Shown here: piece by piece, positions 35,484-45,563 of the stretch
Position numbering within the stretch: the first letter of the stretch is position 1
Layout of the letters: each line of letters opens with the position of its first letter
NCBI GenBank assembly: GCA_015228785.1
Contig: JADGCU010000004.1
Span: forward strand, 1-57,847
Origin: Candidatus Omnitrophota bacterium
GTDB taxonomy: Bacteria; Omnitrophota; Gorgyraeia; Zapsychrales; Fredricksoniimonadaceae
Direction of reading: 5' to 3'
Length of the DNA: 57,847 nucleotides
Notes under the pieces: generated by a model
What the model saw: only the letters and a program-made list of their open reading frames with translations
Told to the model about the DNA's origin: nothing
Database searches by the model: none
Program-made: the position numbers and the translations under genes

Positions 35484-35529
35484 CTAGCTCCCCCAAGATA
35501 CTAATATTTATTTAATGGGAGGTATACGT

Positions 35530-36588
35530 ATGACAGATCCAAAGAAGATGACAGCTGTGGAAGTCGACAACAAACGGAAGGCCTTGGATCTTGCCCTGAC
35601 GCAGATCGAGAAGCAGTTTGGCAAGGGCTCTATCATGAAGATGGATGGTCAGGCAAGGGTTGATGTGGATTCAATCCCTTCAGGATCGATCGCACTCGAC
35701 CTTGCTTTGGGCGTAGGGGGTATTCCTCGTGGACGCGTGATCGAGATATTCGGTCCTGAGTCTTCAGGTAAGACGACCCTTACGTTAAGTATTATTAGTC
35801 AAGTTCAGAAAAAGGGAGGGGTCGCCGCGTTTATCGACGCAGAGCACGCCTTTGATGCGCAATATGCGGCCAAGATCGGGGTTAAGCTTGATGAACTTCT
35901 TGTTTCCCAGCCGGATACGGGGGAGCAGGCGCTTGAGATTGCCGAGACCCTGACACGTTCCAATGCGGTTGATCTGGTGGTTATTGATTCAGTAGCTGCG
36001 CTGACGCCTAAAGCTGAAATTGAAGGGGAGATGGGGGATAGTCACATGGGCCTTCATGCTCGACTTATGTCCCAGGCGCTTCGTAAGCTTACCGCAGTGA
36101 CAAGCAAGTCTAAGACATGCTTGATCTTTATTAATCAAATACGCATGAAGATCGGTGTTATGTTCGGTAATCCTGAAACAACAACTGGCGGAAATGCGCT
36201 TAAGTTTTATTCTTCGGTTCGTATTGATCTGCGGCGTATTGAAACGATTAAAAGAGGCGATGAACCAATCGGTAATCGTGTGCGTGCCAAGATCGTGAAA
36301 AACAAGGTAGCGCCGCCTTTTCGTGAGGCGGAGTTTGAGATCCTGTTTGATGAGGGCATTTCCTATTTATCGGATCTTATGGATCTTGCTGTGAAATACA
36401 ATGTGATCGATAAATCAGGCGCCTGGTTTGCTTATGAAGGTGAACGTTTAAGTCAAGGACGTGATAATTTAAGAAAATATTTACAGGAAAATCCCAAGAT
36501 CGCCCAGAAGATCGAAAAGGGTCTTTTGGAGAAGATCAAGGGAAAGGTCCCTCCTGTTGTTAAGGCTGAGACGAAAAAAGGCGAATAA
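35530..36588 (+). CDS. recA: recombinase A
   Basis: [17 protein letters not shown] (Walker A), [17 protein letters not shown] and [28 protein letters not shown] motifs. Confidence 0.97.
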   Translation: MTDPKKMTAVEVDNKRKALDLALTQIEKQFGKGSIMKMDGQARVDVDSIPSGSIALDLALGVGGIPRGRVIEIFGPESSGKTTLTLSIISQVQKKGGVAAFIDAEHAFDAQYAAKIGVKLDELLVSQPDTGEQALEIAETLTRSNAVDLVVIDSVAALTPKAEIEGEMGDSHMGLHARLMSQALRKLTAVTSKSKTCLIFINQIRMKIGVMFGNPETTTGGNALKFYSSVRIDLRRIETIKRGDEPIGNRVRAKIVKNKVAPPFREAEFEILFDEGISYLSDLMDLAVKYNVIDKSGAWFAYEGERLSQGRDNLRKYLQENPKIAQKIEKGLLEKIKGKVPPVVKAETKKGE

Positions 36589-36602
36589 CGCGGTTTTTCT
36601 TC

Positions 36603-37064
36603 ATGGATGATGATCTGTTTAAAAAGGCGAGGGGGTACGCCCTTCGCCTTTTCAAATTAAGGCCTCGAAGCGTTGGGGAGCTTAGAGATAAGCTTACTGT
36701 GAAGGGTTACGAAATCGATCTCGTCGAAAAAGTTGTTTCAGCATGCCTGGGAGCAGGGCTGCTTGATGACAGCGCCTTTGCTAAAGCTTGGTTTCAAAGC
36801 CGTTTGAAGAAGTATGGTTTTCGACGTGTGTCCCGAGAGCTTGTCGATAAAGGTATCCCCAAAGATGTCATTAATACAGTTTGGGAACAGGTACGGGGTG
36901 ATTATGATGAAGAAACACTTGTTCGCCAGATCGCTGAGCGGCGGTTTTTCTCTCGCGAACAAAAGGATACTCCGGTTCTAAAACGTAAGAAGCGCGTTAT
37001 GGATTACCTCGCTCGCCGAGGTTTTAACTTAAGCATTATTAGCAAGGTGATAAGACAGTTATGA
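36603..37064 (+). CDS. recX: RecA regulator RecX
   Basis: 153 aa helical-repeat protein (YALRLFKLRPRSVGELRDKL...GLLDDSAFAKAW). It lies immediately downstream of recA, in the conserved recA-recX-alaS order. Confidence 0.85.
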   Translation: MDDDLFKKARGYALRLFKLRPRSVGELRDKLTVKGYEIDLVEKVVSACLGAGLLDDSAFAKAWFQSRLKKYGFRRVSRELVDKGIPKDVINTVWEQVRGDYDEETLVRQIAERRFFSREQKDTPVLKRKKRVMDYLARRGFNLSIISKVIRQL

Positions 37065-39421
37065 CAGGCCACGAAATTCGAAGCAAATATCTTGAGTTTT
37101 TTGCATCTAAAGGGCACAAGATCGTTCCCAGCGACTCACTAGTGCCCAAGGATGATCCTACGGTTCTTTTCACGACTGCCGGAATGCAACAGTTTAAGCC
37201 GCAATTTATGGGGCGCATTACGGATTATACTCGTGCGACATCATCTCAAAAATGTTTACGAACAGATGATCTGACGGAAGTGGGGGTTACAGATTTTCAT
37301 CATACCATGTTCGAGATGCTGGGGAATTTCTCTTTTGGGGATTATTTCAAAAAAGAGGCGATTGCGTGGGGATGGGAATTCTTGACCAGTGTTATGAAGA
37401 TCCCGGCTGAGAAACTTTGGGTCTCGGTCAATAAAGATGACGATGAGGCTTATAATATTTGGCTTCATGAGATCAAGATCCCTGCTCAACGAATCGTTAA
37501 GCTTGGCGACAAGTCCAACTTTTGGCCTTCTAATGCTCGTTTAAATGGCCCCAATGGTCCCTGTGGTCCCTGTTCGGAAATATTCTTTGATTGGGGAGTT
37601 GATATTGGCTGTAAAAGGACGGAATGTGATCCCGATTGTAGCTGCGGCCGTTTTTGTGAGGTCTGGAATCTTGTTTTTACTCAGTACAATCGTAAGGATG
37701 GCGGCGTGCTAGAGCCTTTGCCGGCCAAGAATATTGATACGGGGATGGGATTGGAGCGTTTAACGGCTGTCATGCAGGGCAAACGCAATAATTTTGAGTC
37801 AGACCTGTTTCAGCCGATTATTGGGGCGATTGATAAAGCCTTACTAGGGGAGAAAGTGACAATTAGTCTACGCGAAAAGCGCGTGATCGCCGATCATATT
37901 CGTGCGGCTACCATTGGTCTTGCGGATGGTGTTCCGCCATCTAATGAAGGGCGAGGATATGTCATGCGGCGGTTGATCGTTGACATGACCAATATCATGC
38001 TTCAGGCAGGAATAAAGAAGCCTTTGGTGTATACTTTTGTTTCTGCTGTTGTTGATGTCATGAAGACCCCGTATCCAGAGCTTGTTGCCAAGGAGAAAGA
38101 TATTGCTGTAGATATCAGGCGCGTTGAAGAGGCGGTCATTAAGCTTAATGCTGAGAAAATTCCTGAATTTATGGGTGAGCTTGAGCGAATTAAGAATGAC
38201 TTTGATCTTTTGGGAGAAGTCATGTTTCGTTATCGCGATAGCTTTGGTCTTCCGATGAACCTTATTCAGCAGAAGGTTAAAGAGAAATTTGGTGAAGATA
38301 TCTTTAAAACAGCTGATCTTGTCTGTGAAAGATTGATGCAGGAACAAAAAGAACGTTCTCGGGCGGGAAGCAAGATGCAAGGGGATGTATTTTTGGCCGG
38401 GGATGTGGATATTAAGAATTTCCCTAAGACCGCTTTCTTAGGATATGACCAGCCTTCAGCAGATGTTTCGGTTCTTGCTTTCTTTGTCAGCGGTAATATG
38501 GTTGCTGAGGTGAAAGAAGGGCAGACGGTTTCAGTCATTTTGGATAAGACACCTTTTTATCCAGAACAAGGTGGCCAGGTTTCAGATTTTGGAATTCTTA
38601 GGGGAAAAACAGGTTCAGTGGAGATTCACGATACTCAAAAAGCTGGGGATGTCATTATTCATCGAGGGGTTGTCACAGGGACGCTCAAAACAGGTGATTT
38701 TGTTAAGGCATCGATCGATGGAGAACGACGGATCGCGATCATGCGTAATCACACAGCGACTCATCTTTTGCAGGCCGCGCTTCGTCAGGTGTTAGGGGAA
38801 CATGTGAAACAACAGGGATCTTTTGTTGATGAGACAAGGCTTCGTTTTGATTTTACGCATCCTAAAGCGCCAACTAAAGACGAGCTACAACGGATTGAGG
38901 ATGCTGTTAATTCATTTGTCCGCCGGTGTGATAGCGTGTCTAAAAAGGTGATGACAATTGAAGAGGCTAAGCAGAGTGGTGCGTTGGCGTTCTTTGCAGA
39001 GAAATATGGTGAGACCGTACGTGTTGTGTCTGTAGGGGAATATTCTAAAGAATTTTGTGGTGGGACACATTTAGATACAACAGGACAAATCGGTCTCTTT
39101 AAGATTCTTTCAGAGGGGGCAGTTGCTCAAGGTATTCGACGTATCGAAGCGGTTACAGGTGTGGGGGCGCTGGACTATGTGAAGGCGAAAGAACATCAGC
39201 TTGAGAAGATAGCCGTGATCCTTAAGTCCTCGGGAGATGAGGTGGTATCCCGGGTAGAGCAGCAGGTTAAAAAGGTCAAGGACCTTCAAAAAGAAGTGGG
39301 AGATCTAAATTTTGAGTTGATCAAGGGGACGATTGCCCAAATCATCTCTGGGGCTGAAAAGGTTCATGACGTTGCTTATGTCGCGCATGCGTTTGTTAAC
39401 GTGGATATGGACACTCTATGA
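37061..39421 (+). CDS. alaS: alanine--tRNA ligase, first 786 codons, ending at an in-frame TGA
   Basis: Class II core (FTTAGMQQFKP, FEMLGNFSFGDYFK), editing-domain HxxxH (MRNHTATHLLQ) and CGGTH. The reading frame continues beyond the TGA at 39419-39421. Confidence 0.93.
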   Translation: MTGHEIRSKYLEFFASKGHKIVPSDSLVPKDDPTVLFTTAGMQQFKPQFMGRITDYTRATSSQKCLRTDDLTEVGVTDFHHTMFEMLGNFSFGDYFKKEAIAWGWEFLTSVMKIPAEKLWVSVNKDDDEAYNIWLHEIKIPAQRIVKLGDKSNFWPSNARLNGPNGPCGPCSEIFFDWGVDIGCKRTECDPDCSCGRFCEVWNLVFTQYNRKDGGVLEPLPAKNIDTGMGLERLTAVMQGKRNNFESDLFQPIIGAIDKALLGEKVTISLREKRVIADHIRAATIGLADGVPPSNEGRGYVMRRLIVDMTNIMLQAGIKKPLVYTFVSAVVDVMKTPYPELVAKEKDIAVDIRRVEEAVIKLNAEKIPEFMGELERIKNDFDLLGEVMFRYRDSFGLPMNLIQQKVKEKFGEDIFKTADLVCERLMQEQKERSRAGSKMQGDVFLAGDVDIKNFPKTAFLGYDQPSADVSVLAFFVSGNMVAEVKEGQTVSVILDKTPFYPEQGGQVSDFGILRGKTGSVEIHDTQKAGDVIIHRGVVTGTLKTGDFVKASIDGERRIAIMRNHTATHLLQAALRQVLGEHVKQQGSFVDETRLRFDFTHPKAPTKDELQRIEDAVNSFVRRCDSVSKKVMTIEEAKQSGALAFFAEKYGETVRVVSVGEYSKEFCGGTHLDTTGQIGLFKILSEGAVAQGIRRIEAVTGVGALDYVKAKEHQLEKIAVILKSSGDEVVSRVEQQVKKVKDLQKEVGDLNFELIKGTIAQIISGAEKVHDVAYVAHAFVNVDMDTL

Positions 39422-39433
39422 CGCGTTTCAGAT

Positions 39434-39697
39434 TTGCTGAAACAGAAATGCACAACGGTAGTTGCTCTTCTTGTGGCCACGACGGCAAATGATGGCGCTG
39501 TGATTATTTCAGTTTCTGATGATCTGGTGAAGAAAGGAATGAATGCGGGGACGATTATAAAGAAAATGGCCTCTCTTTTCGGAGGGTCTGGTGGTGGTCG
39601 GCCGAATATGGCACAGGCAGGATGCAATGAACCTTTGCGTCTGCTGGGAGCTTTTGAAGATATGAAGAAAATTGTAAAAGAGAGCATGACGACATGA
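39434..39697 (+). CDS. alaS: alanine--tRNA ligase C-terminal (DHHA1/C-Ala) segment, same frame as alaS
   Basis: VVALLVATTANDGAVIISVSDDLVKKGMNAG...GGSGGGRPNMAQAG is the conserved AlaRS C-terminus. 37061-39697 is a single frame of 879 codon positions interrupted only by the one TGA. The TTG start at 39434 has no RBS. Confidence 0.8.
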   Translation: MLKQKCTTVVALLVATTANDGAVIISVSDDLVKKGMNAGTIIKKMASLFGGSGGGRPNMAQAGCNEPLRLLGAFEDMKKIVKESMTT

Positions 39698-40917
39698 AAC
39701 TTCTGAAATTACACAGCAAGGGCATTGAACAGCTTTATAATCGAAATCTTTATTATCGTCGAAAAAGTACGATTGAGAAAGTTCAGCGCATGATTGAGGA
39801 TGTGCGGGTCAATGGTGATGAGGCGGTTTTAAAGTATACTCGTCGATTTGATAAGGTGAAACTCCTGGCGAAGGATCTTCGTGTGAGCGAAAGCGAAATT
39901 AGCGGGGCTTTTCAGAACATTTCACCAGAATTTATATCGACATTGAAGTTTGTTATTAACAACGTTTCCATGTTTTATAAAAAACAGATCAAAAAGCCGG
40001 CATGTATCAAGAGTGACGAAGGGATTCATCTTAAAGAAGAATATAAGCCGATTGATACGGTTGGCGTTTACATTCCGGCGGGGACGGCGCCTCTTGTGTC
40101 TTCTGTTTATATGACGGTGATCCCGGCTCAGATAGCTGGTGTCAGGCGGATTATCATTGTTACGCCACCTGGTAAGGATGGTCGTGTTAATCCACACATT
40201 TTAGCTGTTGCCAATCTCTTGAATGTTAAAGAGGTCTATAAGATTGGGGGGGCTCAGGCAATTGCGGCGATGGCATTTGGAACCAAAATAGTCCCTAAGG
40301 TCGATAAAGTTGTAGGTCCAGGAAATTCCTATGTGACGGAGGCCAAGCGTCAGATCTTTGGTTATGCGGATATTGATATGCTGGCCGGACCCACCGAGCT
40401 TGTGGTTATTGCTAACCGCTACAGCAATCCAGATTTTGTTGTAGCAGACTTTGAGTCTCAACTTGAACACGCTGGAGGGTTATCAATTCTTATTTCGACG
40501 TCCAAGCAGCTTATTCGTCAGGTCAGGAACCGTGTTCAGGGTGGTTTTGTGATCTATGCGAAAAACATGGAAGAAGCATGTGAGATCACAAATAAGATTG
40601 CTCCAGAACATCTCCAGATCTTGACGAACAATCCTCAGAGTGTGGCACGGATGATCAAAAATGCGGGGGCGATCTTTTTAGGCGCCTATAGTCCAACGCC
40701 TTTAGGAGATTATATCGCAGGCCCCAGTCATGTTCTTCCCACATTGGGCACGGCAAGGTTTTCATCTGGTTTGAGCTTGAATGATTTCCTAAAGACGAGT
40801 CATATTATTTCTTATTCCAAAAAGGCCCTTGAAAAGGTGCGCGAGTCTTTGGAGCGTGTCGCCCTTATCGAAGGACTGGTCAAGCACGCGGAAAGCGTGA
40901 ACGTAAGATTTAAATAA
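39694..40917 (+). CDS. hisD: histidinol dehydrogenase
   Basis: 407 aa with IGGAQAIAAMAFGT, VDKVVGPGNSYV, MLAGPTELVVIA, FESQLEHA and PEHL motifs. ATGA overlap with the alaS stop. Confidence 0.92.
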   Translation: MKLLKLHSKGIEQLYNRNLYYRRKSTIEKVQRMIEDVRVNGDEAVLKYTRRFDKVKLLAKDLRVSESEISGAFQNISPEFISTLKFVINNVSMFYKKQIKKPACIKSDEGIHLKEEYKPIDTVGVYIPAGTAPLVSSVYMTVIPAQIAGVRRIIIVTPPGKDGRVNPHILAVANLLNVKEVYKIGGAQAIAAMAFGTKIVPKVDKVVGPGNSYVTEAKRQIFGYADIDMLAGPTELVVIANRYSNPDFVVADFESQLEHAGGLSILISTSKQLIRQVRNRVQGGFVIYAKNMEEACEITNKIAPEHLQILTNNPQSVARMIKNAGAIFLGAYSPTPLGDYIAGPSHVLPTLGTARFSSGLSLNDFLKTSHIISYSKKALEKVRESLERVALIEGLVKHAESVNVRFK

Positions 40918-40936
40918 AGGCAACCGTGGAGGCCTT

Positions 40937-41554
40937 ATGAGTGAACGCATCGCCCAGGTGGAACGAAAGAGTAAAGAAACGCATATCAAGGTCAAGATCG
41001 GACTTGATGGGCGTGGAGACCGTTGCGATATCAGAACAAGCATCGCATTTCTGGATCATATGCTTGAACTTTTTGGGTTCCATGGTCTTTTTGATCTGGA
41101 GATCGAAGTTGTAAGGGCAGATACAGCCATTGATATCCATCATACCAATGAAGATATTGGGATTGTTTTAGGTAAAGCTGTGAAGCAGGCGTTGGGGGAG
41201 AAAGCAGGAATTCGGCGCTTTGGTTTTGCGGGGGCTCCGATGGAAGCAACGGTTGCTCGGTGTATTATTGACATCAGTGGCAGAGGATATTTTAAGCTTA
41301 ATATTGAAAATGACAAAGTGGGCCCCACAAAGGAAAAAGAAGAATATTCGCTCAGTTATCTTGAGCATTTCTTGGAATCATTTGCACATACTCTCGGAGC
41401 CACAATTAGCGTAACCATTCAAAATGTCTCAGATGATGTTCATACGAATGTCGAAGCTGTTTTCAAGTCTCTGGGGTTAGCCTTGGATCAAGCGACGCAG
41501 ATCGATCCTCGGCGACAGGGAGTTGTTCCGAGTACAAAGGGAATTATTGACTAA
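40937..41554 (+). CDS. hisB: imidazoleglycerol-phosphate dehydratase
   Basis: RKSKETHIKV, FLDHMLE, HHTNEDIGI and NVSDDVHTNVEAVFKSLG motifs. Confidence 0.92.
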   Translation: MSERIAQVERKSKETHIKVKIGLDGRGDRCDIRTSIAFLDHMLELFGFHGLFDLEIEVVRADTAIDIHHTNEDIGIVLGKAVKQALGEKAGIRRFGFAGAPMEATVARCIIDISGRGYFKLNIENDKVGPTKEKEEYSLSYLEHFLESFAHTLGATISVTIQNVSDDVHTNVEAVFKSLGLALDQATQIDPRRQGVVPSTKGIID

Positions 41555-41601
41555 TCAAACAGAGAGCTGTTGACGGTCAGACGTCTGACATCTAACGATT
41601 G

Positions 41602-42210
41602 ATGGGTATGATTGCTATTATTGACTATGGTATGGGGAATTTGCGGAGCGTCCAGAAGGCTTTGGAGGTTGCTGGAGGAACAGCAAGCATCGTTAGCCGT
41701 CCCGAAGATATTCTCAAGGCTGATAAGCTTGTTATGCCTGGTGTGGGAGCGATCAGGCCGGCGATGGATAAACTTAAAGAATTGGGGCTTGTTGAATCAA
41801 TCAAGACATATATTTCTTCAGGAAAACCTTTTTTAGGGATTTGCTTGGGTTTTCAGCTTTTATTTGAATCGAGTACTGAAGGCGGGGATGTTAAAGGGCT
41901 TGGTATTTTAAAGGGCACGGTCGATCGTTTCCAGGGTTCGGTTAAGGTTCCTCAGATGGGATGGAACACCATTCAGAAAACCCCTAACGGTGAGGGCATG
42001 TTTAAAGATGTTCCTGAAGGCTCTTTTGTCTATTTTTGCCATTCTTATTTTGTAAATCCCCAAGATAAGTCCGTGACAGCAACGTTTACAGATTATGGGA
42101 TCCCGTATACGTCGTCGATCTGTGTTAAGAACATCTGGGGAACACAGTTCCATCCTGAAAAAAGCCAGGCAGTGGGGCTCACAATATTAAAGAATTTTGT
42201 GTTGTTATGA
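41602..42210 (+). CDS. hisH: imidazole glycerol phosphate synthase, glutamine amidotransferase subunit
   Basis: IAIIDYGMGNLRSV, LVMPGVGA, GICLGFQLL (catalytic Cys) and FHPEKS motifs. The start could be ATG 41602 or 41608. Confidence 0.92.
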   Translation: MGMIAIIDYGMGNLRSVQKALEVAGGTASIVSRPEDILKADKLVMPGVGAIRPAMDKLKELGLVESIKTYISSGKPFLGICLGFQLLFESSTEGGDVKGLGILKGTVDRFQGSVKVPQMGWNTIQKTPNGEGMFKDVPEGSFVYFCHSYFVNPQDKSVTATFTDYGIPYTSSICVKNIWGTQFHPEKSQAVGLTILKNFVLL

Positions 42211-42926
42211 TTATTCTACCAGCAATTGACATCATGCATGGGAAGGTAGTTCGGCTTTTTAAGGGCCAATTTGATCAGATCACGGAGTATGGTTCTGACC
42301 CTGTTGAAATGGCGCGTCATTGGGAGGCTTTAGGGGCAAAGTATTTACATGTTGTTGATCTTGACGGCGCAGAGACTGGGGAGCGTCGCAATTCTGCTGT
42401 GATCAAACGTATAGCCCGTGAGATCAAGATTCCTATTGAGACGGGTGGAGGTATTCGTACGCGAGATGTTTTGGATGAGTATCTTGACAATGGCGTAAGT
42501 CGTGTGGTTCTCGGCACCAGGGTTGTTGAGGATCGGGATTTCTTAGGATCAGTTCTTAAGTCCTGGAAGGACCGTATTGCGGTCAGTCTTGATTGTAAGG
42601 AGGGATTTGTCGCTCAACGAGGTTGGGTTGAGACATCAACCGTCAAAGGTATCGATCTAGCGAATGATCTTGCTGCGATGGGATTGGCATATATTATTTA
42701 TACAGATATTGCCCGTGATGGGGCGCTATCAGGTCCCAATATGGATGGTTTACAAGAAATGCTAAAGTTAACAGGGGTCAAGATTATTGCCTCTGGGGGG
42801 ATCAAAGATATTGCGGATATCAAGGCGTTATTGGCCTTGAATAGCCCTAATTTGTACGGCGCTATCACGGGCCGGGCGATTTACGAAGGCAAGCTGGATT
42901 TTCAAGAAGCTTTAAAATTATGTTGA
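42207..42926 (+). CDS. hisA: 1-(5-phosphoribosyl)-5-[(5-phosphoribosylamino)methylideneamino]imidazole-4-carboxamide isomerase
   Basis: IILPAIDIMHGKVVRL, LHVVDLDGA, ETGGGIR, IIYTDIARDG and ASGGI motifs. Confidence 0.92.
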   Translation: MIILPAIDIMHGKVVRLFKGQFDQITEYGSDPVEMARHWEALGAKYLHVVDLDGAETGERRNSAVIKRIAREIKIPIETGGGIRTRDVLDEYLDNGVSRVVLGTRVVEDRDFLGSVLKSWKDRIAVSLDCKEGFVAQRGWVETSTVKGIDLANDLAAMGLAYIIYTDIARDGALSGPNMDGLQEMLKLTGVKIIASGGIKDIADIKALLALNSPNLYGAITGRAIYEGKLDFQEALKLC

Positions 42927-42996
42927 TCAGGGAACAACGCATAGAGCACAACAGGAATATCCTTTTGCGTTTGGCTTCTGATACTTTGTGATTTCT

Positions 42997-43761
42997 ATGT
43001 TAACTAAACGAATTATTCCTTGTCTTGATGTTAAAGACGGTCGCGTCGTAAAGGGTGTGAATTTTCTAAACCTTCGCGATGCGGGAGATCCTGTCGAAGT
43101 TGCGAAAATTTACGATCAGGCCGGTGCTGATGAACTCGTTTTCTTGGATATTACAGCGAGTCATGAGCGCCGGGGGATCTTTATTGATGTGGTCAATCGG
43201 ACGGCGGAGCAGATTTTTATGCCGCTGACGGTCGGTGGCGGAATCAATTCTGTTGAAGATATTCGAAGACTCTTGAATGCTGGGGCAGATAAAGTTTCCA
43301 TTAATACCGCTGCAGTTAAGAATCCACAGCTTGTAAAAGAGGCATCGGAGCGTTTCGGTAGTCAGTGTATTGTTGTGGCGATTGATGCTAAGAAGATGGG
43401 TCATGGATGGAAGGTGTTTACACATGGTGGAAGAAATGAGACTGAAAAAGAAGCTGTTGCCTGGGCTAAAGAAGTCGAGCGTTTAGGAGCAGGTGAGATT
43501 CTTCTGACAAGCATGAATACAGATGGAACAAAGGATGGGTTTGACTTGCCTTTGACTAAGGCGGTAACCGAAGCTGTCAATATTCCGGTTATCGCGTCAG
43601 GTGGTGCGGGTAAGGTTGAGCATTTTTCTGATGTGTTTACGAAAACAGGAGCAGATGCTGGTTTGGCCGCATCGATCTTTCATTATCGAGAGATCGAAAT
43701 TGATCAAGTTAAGCAGCATTTAAGAGAACAGGGCATTCCTGTTCGACAGGTTGCGCTATGA
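42997..43761 (+). CDS. hisF: imidazole glycerol phosphate synthase, cyclase subunit
   Basis: [52 protein letters not shown] and ASGGAG motifs. Confidence 0.94.
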   Translation: MLTKRIIPCLDVKDGRVVKGVNFLNLRDAGDPVEVAKIYDQAGADELVFLDITASHERRGIFIDVVNRTAEQIFMPLTVGGGINSVEDIRRLLNAGADKVSINTAAVKNPQLVKEASERFGSQCIVVAIDAKKMGHGWKVFTHGGRNETEKEAVAWAKEVERLGAGEILLTSMNTDGTKDGFDLPLTKAVTEAVNIPVIASGGAGKVEHFSDVFTKTGADAGLAASIFHYREIEIDQVKQHLREQGIPVRQVAL

Positions 43762-45260
43762 TCCATGAAATGACAGAAAAAGAATTCCTTGGCTTTGTCA
43801 AGAAAGGGAATCTGGTTCCCGTTTATCGAGAGATTTACGGGGATCTTGAAACGCCTGTGGCTGCCTATATGAAGTTGGCCAAAAATTCTAAATATTCTTT
43901 TTTGCTTGAATCTGTTGAAGGCGGTGAGAAGTTAGCACGATATTCTTTTCTTGCCAGGGATCCTGAATTGGTCCTAAGAAGCAAGGGGAATGAGGCTGAG
44001 ATCATTCGTTTCAAAAAGGGCAAGAAAACGACTGAAAAACGCACGTTTAAGCGAACACCATTAGAAATTGTTCGGGAGTTGATATCTAAATATAATTATG
44101 TTAATATACCCGCCCTTCCGAGATTTTGTGGAGGGTTGGTAGGTTATTTAGGTTATGATACTGTCCGGTTCTTTGAGAAATTACCTGATAAAACACGAGA
44201 TGATCAGAGTTTTGATGATATTGTTCTGATGTTAGCTAAGGATCTGGTCATTTTTGACCATCTGCATCACACGATCAAGATCGTTTCATGTGTTGAGGTT
44301 GATCCCAAAGACGTTCAGGTCGAGCTTAAAAGAAAATTTCGTGCGGCTCAAAAGAAGATCGATGGTCTTGTTGTGGGGATGACAGCCTCGCTTCCTAGAC
44401 AGAAATTACTGACACAGCAGTCGTTGAAACTGACTGTTCATTCGAATTGTACGCGTAAAAATTTTGAAGGCATGGTTGAGTCTGCCAAGGAAGAAATTCG
44501 GGCTGGCGAGATCATTCAGGCTGTTCTTTCCCAGCGGTTTGAAGTGGACGTGAATATCGATGCGGTCAAACTCTACCGTACGCTTCGGACATTGAATCCA
44601 TCGCCATACATGTATCTTTTGAATTTGGATGGATTGAATGTTGTTGGCTCATCGCCGGAGCTTCTGGTCCGCTGCGAACAGGGATTTGTTGAGACGCGTC
44701 CCATTGCCGGTACCCGTCCACGCGGGAAGACGCTAGAGGAGGATGTGGCGTTTGAGAAAGATCTTTTGGCTGATCCGAAAGAGCTTGCTGAGCATGTGAT
44801 GCTCGTGGATCTTGGCCGCAATGATCTAGGGCGTGTTTGTCTTGAGGGAACGGTCAAGGTGACGGATTTGATGACAGTTGAACGCTATTCGCATGTCATG
44901 CACATTGTTTCAAATGTTCAAGGTCGCTTGAAACCTGAATACGATGCGGTTGCCGCCTTTGAAGCCGTTTTCCCGGCTGGAACGCTTTCAGGGGCGCCTA
45001 AGGTCAGGGCTATGGAGATCATTGATGGCTTAGAAAAGAATCGCCGAGGACCGTATGGAGGGGCGATTGGGTATTTCAGTTTTTCGCAGGATTTGGATAC
45101 ATGTATCACAATTCGTACAATTCTTCTGAAAGGGAAAAAGGCTTATATTCAAGCAGGGGCAGGAATTGTCGCAGACTCAGACCCGACGCGTGAATATGAA
45201 GAAACGGTCAACAAGGCAAAGGCTCAGATAAGGGCCCTTGAGTTGGCTCATAGAAGGTAA
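43758..45260 (+). CDS. trpE: anthranilate synthase component I (TrpE/PabB chorismate-utilising family)
   Basis: [18 protein letters not shown]-domain and C-terminal chorismate-binding motifs ([49 protein letters not shown]). No trpG/D/C/B/A in the window. Confidence 0.85.
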   Translation: MIHEMTEKEFLGFVKKGNLVPVYREIYGDLETPVAAYMKLAKNSKYSFLLESVEGGEKLARYSFLARDPELVLRSKGNEAEIIRFKKGKKTTEKRTFKRTPLEIVRELISKYNYVNIPALPRFCGGLVGYLGYDTVRFFEKLPDKTRDDQSFDDIVLMLAKDLVIFDHLHHTIKIVSCVEVDPKDVQVELKRKFRAAQKKIDGLVVGMTASLPRQKLLTQQSLKLTVHSNCTRKNFEGMVESAKEEIRAGEIIQAVLSQRFEVDVNIDAVKLYRTLRTLNPSPYMYLLNLDGLNVVGSSPELLVRCEQGFVETRPIAGTRPRGKTLEEDVAFEKDLLADPKELAEHVMLVDLGRNDLGRVCLEGTVKVTDLMTVERYSHVMHIVSNVQGRLKPEYDAVAAFEAVFPAGTLSGAPKVRAMEIIDGLEKNRRGPYGGAIGYFSFSQDLDTCITIRTILLKGKKAYIQAGAGIVADSDPTREYEETVNKAKAQIRALELAHRR

Positions 45261-45290
45261 CAGACAAAAAACACAGAAAAAGGAGCACCA

Positions 45291-45539
45291 ATGGAAGTCA
45301 GGATCAGAATGCAGAGAACAGGCGACCCGGCCCAGAAAAATTACAACTGGCGCATTGTCGCAATCTCCAAGCAGTCTCCGCGTGATGGACGCGTGCTGGA
45401 GTCGTTGGGCTATTATGACCCGTCTCAGAAGCCGGCCGTGTACAAGTTGGACGTGGCCAAGCTTGAGAAGTGGGTTAAGCAGGGCGCTCAGATGACCGAT
45501 ACGGTCCGCACCCTCTACAACAAAACCAAAAAAGCGTAA
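45291..45539 (+). CDS. rpsP: 30S ribosomal protein S16
   Basis: MEVRIRMQRTG...YNWRIVA...RDGR.LE.LGYYDP pattern. AAGGAG RBS upstream. Confidence 0.95.
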   Translation: MEVRIRMQRTGDPAQKNYNWRIVAISKQSPRDGRVLESLGYYDPSQKPAVYKLDVAKLEKWVKQGAQMTDTVRTLYNKTKKA

Positions 45540-45563
45540 CAGCTTTTCTAAGAAAGGTTTTCT

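Noticed and set aside
39419-39443. Selenocysteine insertion (UGA plus downstream hairpin acting as a SECIS) in alaS.
   Set aside because: The position aligns with a surface Arg in the linker before the C-Ala domain, not a redox site. The 7-bp/5-nt-loop hairpin is much smaller than bacterial SECIS elements as I know them. No selA/selB/selC/selD gene is visible here. The case is kept only as a readthrough/nonsense candidate in the findings.
41576-41589. A perfect 14-nt palindrome, GTCAGACGTCTGAC, between hisB and hisH.
   Set aside because: It is short, has no T-run and no second copy in the window. It could be a restriction-type site or chance symmetry, and I can assign no function.
45238-45495. 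An 85-aa + strand ORF overlapping the trpE end and rpsP in another frame.
   Set aside because: It overlaps the well-conserved S16 coding frame, has an Arg/Ser-rich off-frame composition and has no RBS.
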